Below are positions 1-10,323 of a DNA stretch of 32,000 bases, in pieces; within the stretch, counting starts at the first letter, position 1, and each line of letters opens with the position of its first letter. Below the pieces are notes generated by a model. The model saw only the letters and a list, made by a program, of their open reading frames with translations, was not told where the DNA came from and did not search any database. Where the stretch lies: contig MTSL01000205.1 of the NCBI GenBank assembly GCA_002794465.1, forward strand, positions 54,229-86,228, read 5' to 3'. A program made the translations under genes and the position numbers. This DNA comes from Paramicrosporidium saccamoebae KSL3 (taxonomy: Eukaryota; Fungi; Cryptomycota).

Positions 1-81
1 TAGTCGGGATGGATGATTGGTTGAACAAGGTCTGGTCTATTTAGGAACCCATTATTATTATCAACCAGTGGAAATAATGAT

Positions 82-699
82 TTATTGGGGCTCGGCCATG
101 GGACTACGAACATTGGTGGTTGTGGGTGCTGACGGAATATCATCCAAATAAGAGGGATTCTCTTCCACGCCCTGAAATTCCTGCAACATTCCCAACTCGG
201 CTTCCAGATCCGCCTCGTCCAGGTAATCTGGAGTCCCATACGACCGGCTCAGCACCTCGTTGATCTCGTTGGAATCCTGCATCAGCTCTGCAAGCTCGTC
301 CCGGAGATCCTCTACCTTGTCAATGTTCATCGCCTTCATATTCTGTTTCATTTCCTTGGCTGCCGTCTTCATCACTGTCACTGTCTCTGCGGTGCTGCGC
401 AACGACTCTACGGTAAAATTGGCCTGTTCCAAGTTGAACGACTGACCCATCATCTGTGTCTTTTGGTTTTCATATTGTTTCTTCTGTTGGAGCAGTTGCA
501 TTGCCTGTCGCTTTACAGACTCACGCGAGGGTCCAGCAGGAGTGCGGGCAAGCTGTTCCTTGTATTTGGCTAGTTCGCCGTCTATTTTCCTGATTTTCGC
601 GTCTATGGCATCGACCCGAGAGTCCATGGTGTTGATAGTGTCATTTAGATTCGGTGGGGGAGTGTTCTTTTTGCCGCTGGAGCCAAAGAGCCGGTTCAT
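82..699 (-). CDS. VPS60: ESCRT-III Snf7-family protein Vps60/CHMP5
   Basis: Intronless 205 aa ORF. MNRLFG start, coiled coil, QKKQYENQ...QSFNLEQANF, MNIDKVEDL and LSRSYGTPDYLDEADLEAEL are characteristic of CHMP5/Vps60. Confidence 0.93.
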   Translation of the reverse strand: MNRLFGSSGKKNTPPPNLNDTINTMDSRVDAIDAKIRKIDGELAKYKEQLARTPAGPSRESVKRQAMQLLQQKKQYENQKTQMMGQSFNLEQANFTVESLRSTAETVTVMKTAAKEMKQNMKAMNIDKVEDLRDELAELMQDSNEINEVLSRSYGTPDYLDEADLEAELGMLQEFQGVEENPSYLDDIPSAPTTTNVRSPMAEPQ

Positions 700-954
700 T
701 GTGTGTGGTCACGTTGGCGTCCAGCGCTGTTAAAGAAGACTATCGACCAATGAGAACGGCCGAATTGCTATTCATACCAAAAACACACATGTAGTTGCAA
801 ATATACAAGCTGATTAATTAATCAAACGTTGCCAATCAATCTAGCTCGATTTCTGGATGAAGTAGGCCAAAACTCGGGAGAACAATGCATGGGTGGCTTC
901 TGGGTGCGTCGACCCAAACAAACGAAACCGAAGCGATTCGCAGGGCACGCCACG

Positions 955-1534
955 ATGCCCACCAGCACGCTCCCCGCCTGGTGGACCCTCCAGGACAAGG
1001 TCACTGTCGCCCTCCCACCAAACTACACTGCCCGACCCCTCCAAGCCACCGACTACGACCATGGCTACCTCGAATGTCTTGGCCAGCTGACCCTCGTCGG
1101 ACCCGTCTCCCGCTCTCAATTCCTTGGTAGCGATGCGTCCTCTTTTCATGCGTGTAGAACGACTGGAATACATGCAACGGCATGACGACACCTACATGCC
1201 CATGGTAATCCTTGACGCCCAACGGGTGGTGGCCTGCGGGACCTTGGTCATTGAACGCAAGTTCATCCACCAGTGCGGAATGTTGGCCCACATTGAGGAC
1301 ATTGTGGTGAGCGAGGATCAGCGTGGCACTGGCCTGGGTCGCATTCTCATCCAGCAGCTCAAACATCTGGCCTTCAAACATGGCTGTTACAAGATTACCT
1401 TGGATTGTGATATAAAGAATGAGCCGTTCTATGCCCGGGGCGACTTTGAGACAAAGGGGCTGCAGATGTGTATATACTATCGCGATGATCCGGCCACCAC
1501 GCCGACCTCGCCCAAGTATCCCCACCAACTGTAG
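955..1534 (+). CDS. GNA1: Glucosamine-6-phosphate N-acetyltransferase (GNAT)
   Basis: A 31-nt GT-AG intron (1127-1157) joins RPLQATDYDHGYLECLGQLT to GTLVIERKFIHQCGMLAHIEDIVVSEDQRGTGLG...YKITLDC, the typical Gna1 motifs. Start ATG at 955 is inferred. Confidence 0.9.
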
Positions 1535-1662
1535 ATGTCTATGTCTAGGCCCGGGTCTAGGCAAGTATTGTTGGTATTGTTGAGCGTTGAGAATTATGAA
1601 TGTTGAGATGAGTATTTGGAAAAGTGTCGAGATGTATTATGTGCCGCGTGCAGTGTTGTTTT

Positions 1663-1819
1663 ATAAAAAGAGTTCTTGTATATTCAGAGAAAGAGTTCCT
1701 GTATAGCCGGATAAGGAGTTTTTGTATAATCGGATCAAGAGCTTTTGTATAGTCAGATAAAGAGTTTCCATATAATCGGATAATTCTTGTATAGTCAGAA
1801 AGAGTCCCCGTATAGTTGG
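1663..1819. repeat. Degenerate ~23-bp minisatellite, 7 copies
   Basis: Units such as AGAAAGAGTTCCTGTATAGCCGG, ATAAGGAGTTTTTGTATAATCGG and ATCAAGAGCTTTTGTATAGTCAG are directly adjacent with no spacers. Confidence 0.85.
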
Positions 1820-1948
1820 ATAAATTCACGGTCAACGATATCACTGTCGTTTAAAACAAGATTTATTGTGTAGCACGTCAAATTCGGGTTCAGCAATATC
1901 CATTCTTTGTTAGCGTGGACAAAATGTATAGGGTTTATGTGTTTACTT

Positions 1949-3223
1949 TTACTGGGATTCTTCATCCGTTTTGCTGGTTGAGTGTCCCATCGCTGCCGCT
2001 GCTTCTAATAGCTGAGGCGCCAACATGGGAGTTGCTGACACTGGTCTCGTGGGCAAGATCGGTACAAAATTAGTGGTCAACATCACACTGTGCTGTCGGG
2101 TAGCAAGCGGCGGAGTTGTTGGCGCCGAATTCATTCCCGGAGGCTGCAGAGACTTGTTACGGCCCACGGTGCGACGTCCATTCCCCGTACTCTCCACAAG
2201 ATGTTTAAAGTTGGTGTCAATAACCCAAAACATTCCCTTTCCAGGCTCGCCCATCGATCGAGGAATCTTGCGAAAGGCCTTGTTCAATGAGAGATTGTGT
2301 CTAATCGAGTTTTGCCATCCACTCTTGGTGTATCGGAAATAGGGATATTTGTCAGAGAGAAACTTGTAAATTCCACTCAGTGTCAGACGGGCATCGGCAG
2401 TGCTGTTGATTGCTTCCGCAATAAGACATGCATAGGAGAGGGGAGGCTTGGACAGATCACCGGGCGGAACTTCGGAATCTGACACGGCCGATGCATCCTG
2501 GGAACTGGAAATGGAGCGTCGCTTAGCAGAGGTTGAATCTGAGGAGGAATTGCGCATCCGCACCCGACGTCGACTCCGTAAACTTGGAGCTTCAGGCTTT
2601 TCAGGGCCGCTGGAATCCAGAGGGAGCAAAAAGTAAAACTCTACATCCTCCACAACGATAACGCTTCGAGACACAAGGGGCACCGGATGACAGAAAGGCT
2701 CGTAACGTTCGTCATTCACAAGAACGCCCGTCTTTCCAAAGCAATACAACTCCCACTGTTTTTCGTGGGTGTTGTATTCAATGCGCAGATGTTTCTTTGA
2801 AACGGCCATAGAGGTCCCCAGAAAGACGTCGACCCCGCTTGAGGCAGAAAAGTCGTTTTCGGGACTCTTTCCCAGCACAATAGAGAGTTTCTGGATGTAA
2901 TACTCCCAGGACTTTCCTTGCAGCTTTGCATACGCCCGGACGGGATTTGCAGTTCCGCGGGTCCTGGAGACCGACTCGTTTGGCTCCGGACTGAGTCGGG
3001 CCAGAGATAGTGCAGCAGGCTCTTCCTCATCAGGTCTTATATCAGCATTCAGTTTCTCGTCCTGCGAGAAAGAAAGGAGGACGGATGCCAGTTTGGCCTA
3101 CACTATTAATAACCCCACCCAGACGCATACCAGATTGCTTTGTTCCGGAGCCGTGCGAGGTGATGTCACCGGCGGACTGTGGAAGGGGATACTGTCGGGA
3201 GAGTTTAGCACAGCAGGTTGCAT
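1949..3223 (-). CDS. FHA + forkhead transcription factor (Fkh1/Fkh2, FOXK-like)
   Basis: FHA region RAYAKLQGKSWEYYIQKLSIVLGK...VSKKH and forkhead domain KPPLSYACLIAEAI...WQNSIRHNLSLNKAF...GKGMFW. The frame extends upstream of the listed ORF. A 33-nt intron (3098-3130, GTATGC...TAG) links to an ATG at 3223. Confidence 0.88.
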
Positions 3224-3260
3224 TAAACGTAGCGGGTCGGGAGAGGTAGAAGGTGTAGAC

Positions 3261-3277
3261 TTTGTTTACTTGTTTAC
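3261..3277. promoter_or_regulatory. Two tandem forkhead consensus sites (TGTTTAC x2)
   Basis: TTTGTTTACTTGTTTAC lies 38-54 bp upstream of the inferred forkhead gene ATG, in the spacer shared with DPB2. Confidence 0.6.
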
Positions 3278-3509
3278 TGCCAACTTTTGACAAGGCGTAG
3301 GGAGGCTGTCCAGATAAATGCTAAAGTGTCACTAGTCAGAGAGCAGTAGGTGGGCCGAGAAGATGCGCAAGAGTCGACCAAAAACACAGTCGCGCAGTCA
3401 ATTCGACTCGACCGGGTCGTAAACAACTGCAAAAATTTCCCCTGGGAGCCAATCAGCATCCGAGGGAGAGGGACTCTTGGGCGTGAACAATCGACCAATA
3501 GGAGGAAAG

Positions 3510-5213
3510 ATGCTAGCGGGAGGCGGAAGCGTAAAGGTGAATCAGGTGATTTGGCGAGTCTTTACAAAGACCCACGGGCTGACATTGCAGACGGATGCAG
3601 TGGAATATTTAAAGGAGAAATTGGGATCGAGTGCGTTGACAGAGCAAGAGCTTGTCACGACGTTGAATTTTATTGCGACTGCCTATAAGCAGCAAGCCAG
3701 TACCCTTCCATGGCGGGTTTACATTATCTAGGTCGTCCCACATTGGTGGACTACAATGCGCTTTCCAGCGTTATTGAAGGGATGCTAAAGCTAAATGTGT
3801 CAGAGGACGGAACCGGAAAGGCGCTGGCCAAGAATTTCATCCACGTCATCAACGCCCACGACACGCCTAGATGGGACTATGATCCCCATCAAAAGCTTTT
3901 CAGTCTGTAACCCACGTGTCCGGTTTGAACTTTAGGTCTATGGAGAAGCCCTCGCTACTTGGTAGGGCCTATTCAAAGGTGACCATGTTCAGGCGCCATT
4001 ATGAAGTGCTCAAGCAGCGACTATTGCGAGCAGAACAGTTTCGCGGAGTCTCCTGTGCCAAGGTTCTGCTATACAACTGTCTAAGTGTTTAGTTAATGTC
4101 CATCAAAGCGATTAAGGGCCAAAAGACTTTGGATCGAAAACTCTTGTTTGGCGTTTTGTCGTTTATTGAAGAGGGCCGACTATATCTGGAGGATCTTGAA
4201 GACAACATTCGCCTTGATTTGACCAATGTCGATAGTTTCGTCCCGGCTTTGTACACTGAAACATCAATGGTTGTGGTGGGCGGCAGTCCGAATGGAGACT
4301 GCTTCACAGTGGAATTTATCTCTCCCCCGCCACTAGAGAGTCGAGCACAGAGTACCGAGACCATTTCCTATCCAAATCTCCTGGCAGGCTCGGCTATTGC
4401 AGATTCGATGCTCCAGTTCAGGGCCCTGGAGAAGGAATATATGGATGCTGCCGTAGTCATCTTGTCTGATGTGTGGTTAGATTGTGCCCGTACCTTGGCC
4501 AAAGTTGAAATGTTGTTCCGTGGATTTGAAAGCGCCACTGTCCCGGCAGCATTTGTTATAATGGGGCCATTTGTGTCCAATCTGCATAGGGGTACTCCTG
4601 CACTTGGTGCATTGCACCGGGTATTGTCTAATTTGGCAGCAATGATCCACCGATACCCTACAATATGTCGACAGAGCAAGTTTATTCTCGTCCCTGCTTT
4701 GGATGATCCACTGGCGCCCAAGATACTCCCTCGTCCACCGCTCCCCATCGAGCTTCTTGAGCCGTTCAAGCATTATTCCATCGACTGTGTATTTGCATCC
4801 AATCCGGCCCGGTTGTACATTTTCACCAAAGAAATACTTCTCTTCCGACGTGACTGCACTGTTGCCTTGAAGAAAAACTTGATTCCCGAATTGTCCCGAG
4901 ATACCACAGACCAATGCGGAACATTTAGAGCCGTCCTGGAACAGGCGCATCTCTGTGCCCTGTCGTTGGCAATTCAGCCAAGGGCGTGGGAGTATGACCA
5001 TGCACTGAGGGTATATCCATCGCCTGATTTTCTGGTAATTGGAGAACGGAGTCGGCCCACTGCGAGTCGAGAGACCGATGACTGTTTGGGCATCAATCCT
5101 GGCTCTTTTGCCACTTCCGAGTTTTCCTTTGCGCTTCTCTACCCTATGCTTGGCAAAATTGAAGCTTGGTACTGTTCCTTATCCATCACTAATCCCTCCA
5201 TAGTAAAGTATAA
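3510..5213 (+). CDS. DPB2: DNA polymerase epsilon subunit B
   Basis: Four introns (3700-3731, 3907-3935, 4063-4092, 5169-5203) restore one frame. Motifs: RVFTKTHGLTL, FRRHYEVLKQRLLR, VILSDVWLD, FILVPALDDP, SNPARL, EQAHLC, WEYDHALRVYPSPD. Confidence 0.92.
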
Positions 5214-5375
5214 CTCACCACCGACACGCTACGCAAATGTCTATACAAAAGTTACATCGTTTTGTGATATAGTAATAAAGACCCTGTTGATTAGAGGTAG
5301 TATCTTTATCAAAGGCGCCTTTATAAGCCGCCACCATCAATATGCCTGGATTATAGGGTAGCCATCAATATTACT

Positions 5376-5633
5376 AATCGCTAGCAGATGCTGCTTTGCA
5401 GACTACGTTAATCAATGATAATACATCTTTAGTAAAAAGCATGCCTCATTCATCGACTATCACCCTCAACACTCCGAGTTGTGAGGTCGCTATCATCAGC
5501 GCTACCAATCGCAAGCGGATGCTGCTTATCAGACCGTGTTGATCAACGATAGTTTGTCGTTAGTAAAAAGCATACCCCCCTCCCCATTCACAGACTACCA
5601 CCCTCAACACAACACAACACTCCGGGTTGTGGG
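5376..5633. repeat. Decayed tandem duplication, ~130-bp period
   Basis: 5376-5486 and 5507-5633 share AATCGC.AGC.GATGCTGCTT, TTAGTAAAAAGCAT and CACCCTCAACAC...CTCCG.GTTGTG.G. Confidence 0.75.
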
Positions 5634-5704
5634 ATCAGGATTAACAATCGTAAGTAGATACGGCTTAACAGGATCTCACATACCTAGTCTGTATATACAC
5701 TATT

Positions 5705-6920
5705 TCACACTATACACATCAAAATGCTGTTCAAGGTGGCTCGAACATCGTGCGGCCACTCTTGGGCATTTGCCAGTTTTTTCGTCTGGGCGATTAGTCC
5801 CAGCATGTTCTCGTTACTCATCAATGAAAAGCTTCCCTCACTGCAGGTGAAGCGACAAAAGTTGATTGTCCAGACAACCACCATCCGTAAAAGCCTAAAG
5901 ATACCAAGATCGTAATCTCGGGTTACTCCGGCACGGTCCTCTACCTTTATGGATGAAAGACTCGTCATTAGCTGGTCGATTCGTCTCAGAATGGGCAACT
6001 TGCGGCCACCACCAAGCCGATATCGATGTCCGAGGATTAATAAAGCCAGCTCTATTCGGACGACCGATGATAGTCCCTGTAACAAAATAAAAAGTGTCGT
6101 CTGATCCAGATGTAAAGTATGCTCGTAAAACTCTTCCAACATTGAGTCGTAGTAGTCCCGATCCGCGGACAAACTAACAAAGACCATGCAAATGATTTCT
6201 AGAGCAGGTATATCAGAAGATTCAACGGAGAGCTGGAAGTGTCCCATTAGTTGAGTACTTATAAATCTCCTCCTCAGTCGGCGATCGTCCATTCCGTCGC
6301 GCACCAACTGTCTCAATTGTCCAATTACTAGCAGTCGCTGCAGAATGGACCGCAGCAGCATTATTGCACCGTCGCGGTCCGGACATTCTTGCTCAATGAG
6401 ACTGCGAAAAATGTCCCAAAAATTATTTTCACCCTCTTCAAGAAAGTTGAATTTGACTAGGTCAACCAATATGTCATCCCAGCCGCCTCCCGAAATGCCG
6501 CGTTGTAGGTATAGGAGCAAGGCAGAGCTTGTAATATCATCATAACACTTCATGTAACACTCCACAATCAACTCTCTCAGTAAAGCGATCGGCGGGATCA
6601 TTTCTGCATTCTGGGCACTCTGGAGATTGTCAAGCACAGAAACATAATCAGCATGCGAAATGTATCCCCGTATGATATGTGCAACCATCGGATGGAGTGT
6701 CTTGCCTTTGTGGGGCGTAATGTCGCTGGAAAAGTCTTTGGTGTACTTCCATGCATCAAAATCACGAGGGTAACGTTCAAGGATTTCATCACTTGCCAAT
6801 GACAGCTCTTCCTTCCGTCTTCCATTATAGAGCACAAACTGCACCACTCCGTTCTACAGTCAAAAACGGCAAAGAGGCTACACAAAGGACACATCCTCGA
6901 ACGGTACTGCCCACGGTCAT
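5705..6920 (-). CDS. Hypothetical helical protein, ~395 aa
   Basis: 383-codon open frame plus a 13-codon first exon joined by a 28-nt intron (6854-6881). No family confidently recognised. Confidence 0.7.
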
Positions 6921-6942
6921 GCAACGAAACCAAATATTTGAT

Positions 6943-7635
6943 TTATTCGTAGAGTATCGACTTGAATTTGTCTATTAAATGGTGCTTCCTCCATAAAGTC
7001 TCTAAATAGGACGGCGCCTTTGCCATTGTAACTAGAGAATGCTCTGCATACTCTTTCGCCCGGGCTGGATCACACTCTTTAAACAGATCACACAATCTCT
7101 CTGCCACCTTGAATGCCATTTCCAATCTTGCCTGCTCCTCTCGCACACCCTCACCTATATGTGGCTTATGGATCAACGCTGCGTGACTGGCCATAAGATT
7201 GTGGACATTTGGGGTAGGATCGGCCATGTACAGCATTGATAGATAAATGACTAGCGCTGTGGACTGTGGAGATGCGGCACCGAGACCGGACGAGAGCACA
7301 TGCTGCAGCGCCTTGTCCAGATAATACGCCTTGTCAGCCAAACTATCAGTCCAGAGTGCTCGTCGTATGAAATAGCGTGAAGATAAAGGAAATGACACAT
7401 TTAAGGGCTCAGGGAAAGGACTGAGACGCTCATACGTGCCGAATGCAGCAATTGGCAGACATGCAGCCCCAAGTGCAAACCCCACTCTTGTCCATCTGGG
7501 GCTAGCCCAAAGCCTGCTCTCCGTGGACAGCTGACGTAGATTTCTAATGAACAAATTAGTGTCCACCTTGGTCCATCTACGACCAACCCAAGGCTTTGTG
7601 GACAATCGCCGAACATATCGACTGAATAGGCTCAT
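6943..7635 (-). CDS. Probable mitochondrial inner-membrane protein, Mgr3-like (i-AAA protease adaptor)
   Basis: Arg/Ser-rich N-terminus resembling a presequence (MSLFSRYVRRLST), one hydrophobic segment, then FPLSSRYFIRRALW...YLDKAL...GL...STALVIYL, which recalls Mgr3 helical repeats. Family call is from memory. Confidence 0.45.
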   Translation of the reverse strand: MSLFSRYVRRLSTKPWVGRRWTKVDTNLFIRNLRQLSTESRLWASPRWTRVGFALGAACLPIAAFGTYERLSPFPEPLNVSFPLSSRYFIRRALWTDSLADKAYYLDKALQHVLSSGLGAASPQSTALVIYLSMLYMADPTPNVHNLMASHAALIHKPHIGEGVREEQARLEMAFKVAERLCDLFKECDPARAKEYAEHSLVTMAKAPSYLETLWRKHHLIDKFKSILYE

Positions 7636-7679
7636 ACTCGTTAGTAGGCGCCCAATCAGCGTGTGGCTCACGGTCGGAC

Positions 7680-10183
7680 ATGGAGGTTAAGCTGCCAATG
7701 CAGCCCGATACGAGACGAGTCATTATTGTCTCGGATACCCTACCCGTGGCCATTGTACAGAGAGAGAATGAAGTCCCAGCACGGACTTGTGGCGACAGTC
7801 CCAACGAACGACCTCGACGTCGTCGCCGTCTGAGTTTGGCATTCCAGAATGACGCGTCCGAGATACTTTCGTCGACAGAGGAACATAGCCCCATTAGTAA
7901 TCTGGAAAGATACGAGCTTGTGGAACGACATAATCATGCTGCGTACTGGGTTAATGCGCAACTTGGGTGCGAGGCTGTCTTGGTAGGAAAGCCATTTGGA
8001 ATTGAACCTTCAGAATGGGCTGATAATCCCAGCCTACAGGCAGAGATCAAGGAGCGGTATTGGCATGAAAGGAGATGTGTTCCTGTGCTGCTGAGCGAAA
8101 GTGTCCATCGTGGACATTGGGATGGCTACTGCCGGTCGTCATTATGGCCGCTATTCCATTATGTACTCTGGGAGAGCAACATAGACGCTGGACAGACCAG
8201 CGACTGGGACAAGTATGTACAGGCAAATGCCGCATTCTGTGAGACGATAATGTCCGTCTGGAAGCCAAATGATATTAGTATTGATTTTTCATCCCTGTCT
8301 GATGCCTAGTTTGGGTCATTGACTACCAACTCATGCTGCTCCCGTCCATGTTGAGGGAGAGGAATGAAAATGTCATTGTGGCATTGTTCCTACGATCTCC
8401 ATTTCCTAGCTCTGAGGTTTTTCGATGCCTGCCGCGTACAAATACAAGGCTTCTCTAATTTGTAGAGGCCAAGGAAGTTTTGCATGGAATATTGGGGGCC
8501 AATGTGGTGGGATTCCAGACATATGGATATGCACGTCACTTTATCAGCAGCTGCACCAGAATCCTAGGCTGCGAATCAACTCCCAACAGTGTCGACAATG
8601 CCGGTGTTCCCGTGAGAGTTGCTGTGCAGCCAGTGGGCATTGATCCGGCTCGAATAAAGCGACTAGCGTCTCTGCAAGCTGTTACCGATAGGATTGCGTC
8701 TTTACGAGAGTCATTCGGGGGGAAGCGGATCATCGTTGGCTTGGAATCGTCTGATCAGTCGCGGGGTATAATACACAAGTTGAGATCTTTTGAAAAGCTC
8801 TTCTCAATGTACCCCGAGGTGATTGGCGAAGTTGTTCTGATCCAGCTGATTTATACCACCGGAGATCCAAAGAGCAAGCTTGATGCCCGGGTCTCGCAGC
8901 TTGTCTCTAAAATCAATGGAATGTTTGGCTCGTTTGACTACAAGCCCATCAATGTCTTTCATCAGCTTGTAGAGAGGAATGAATATCTAGCCCTCTTGTC
9001 AGTGGCAGATATTCTTCTTATCACCAGTGAACGAGACAGCGTCAATACACTGGTTCTGGACTACATTGCATGCCAAGAGGAGACTCAAGGGATCCCTGTG
9101 ATTAGTGAATTTATTGGATTGGCTGGAGTGTTACCTGCTAAGTATCAAGTGAACCCTTGGGATCACATGGGAACAGCCAAGGTAATACGGGAAGTGCTGC
9201 AGTTGTCCCCGCTGGAGAGGAGGGCATATTGCGAAAAGATTACCCGCTTTGTCAAGTCGAACACGACGCAACACTGGGTGGATGCCTTCCTTAGGACAAT
9301 TAAATCCACCGCAGATTCTAATAGTATGTACACTACGACTCCCTTCCTCCGGCTGGACAAGGTTCTGGAGTGCTATTCAGAGGCTACAAAACGGTTAATT
9401 TTGTTGGACTACGATGGAACGTTGACACCCATCAGAAAAGTCCCCAGCGCAGCAACGCCGTCGCAGGAGGTAATTCGATCTTTGCGTCTTCTCACTTCCG
9501 ACTCGCACAACCTTGTATATATAATCTCAGGGAGAGACCAGATGACGCTTGAAGGATGGCTGGGAACTATTCCGCGTCTGGGGATGAGCGCCGAGCATGG
9601 GAGCTTCCTTCGTCCTGTGACAGAGACTGGCGAAGTTACTAATTGGATGGCAATGGTTTCACTGGAAGAACTCGTGTGGAAGGACGACGTTACCAAGATT
9701 ATGGAGTACTATACAGAGAGGACGCCGGGTTCGTTTATTGAAGTCAAGACTGCCTCCATGACATGGCACTATCGGCTTGCTGATCCAGACTTTGGATCGT
9801 GGCAATCCAAAGAGATGCAAAACCACCTGGAACAATCGATTGCATCAAACTATGCAGTGGAAATTATCGCAGGGAAGAAGAACTTGGAGGTGAGGCCCAA
9901 GACTTCGAACAAGGGCGAGATTATCAAAATGCTTCTGGAGAGACATGGGATGCCCAATTTCATCCTGTGTGCTGGAGACGATCGCACAGATGAGGACATG
10001 TTTCGGGCGCTAAACGACATTCAGTGTCCAATTTTGGAGCAACAATGTTTCACCTGCAGCATCGGAGCGCCTGGGAAAAGAACGCTTGCACATTATCATG
10101 TAAACACACCAGAGCAAATTGTGAGTCTACTGATGCGACTCTGCACAATGATCACAGAGCGACTTGCTGGATTGACAATGTAA
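7680..10183 (+). CDS. TPS2: Trehalose-6-phosphate phosphatase with N-terminal GT20 synthase-like domain (Tps2-type)
   Basis: Introns at 8278-8309 and 8436-8465. GT20 segments LWPLFHY, PFPSSEVFRCLP and VGFQT; HAD motifs LLDYDGTLTPI, ISGRD, AEHG and GDDRTDEDMF. Confidence 0.88.
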
Positions 10184-10316
10184 TAAAAATGTCCCGATTT
10201 GAACGGCGAGAGGCAAAATACTGGAGAATTGATACTCCCCCCTCGTTTTAGTATTTTCTCTACCACGCGAAAAACTCGCTGGATCAACAATGTAATAAAG
10301 ATGCCCCGATTTGGAC
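10163..10316. repeat. 42-bp imperfect direct repeat (10163-10204 and 10275-10316)
   Basis: Ungapped alignment with 36/42 identity. Copy 1 spans the TPS2 stop codon. Confidence 0.85.
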
Positions 10317-10323
10317 AAATTTG

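Noticed and set aside
1-44. Possible last exon of a plus-strand gene (...GMDDWLNKVWSI-stop)
   Set aside because: Too short and cut by the window edge; no family can be supported.
1557-1844. 95-aa minus-strand ORF, and a possible CRISPR-like array in the same region
   Set aside because: The ORF is just the translation of the minisatellite. The units are adjacent with no unique spacers, and the context is eukaryotic with no cas genes.
5214-5361. C-terminal extension of DPB2 shown in the ORF track
   Set aside because: A 35-nt intron (5169-5203, with ACTAAT branch point) gives a normal-length end EACKV-stop; the extension is read-through of that intron.
10163-10316. Repeat-induced point mutation as the cause of the all-transition differences
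   Set aside because: The repeat is far shorter than RIP substrates, changes go in both directions, and six sites are too few to judge.
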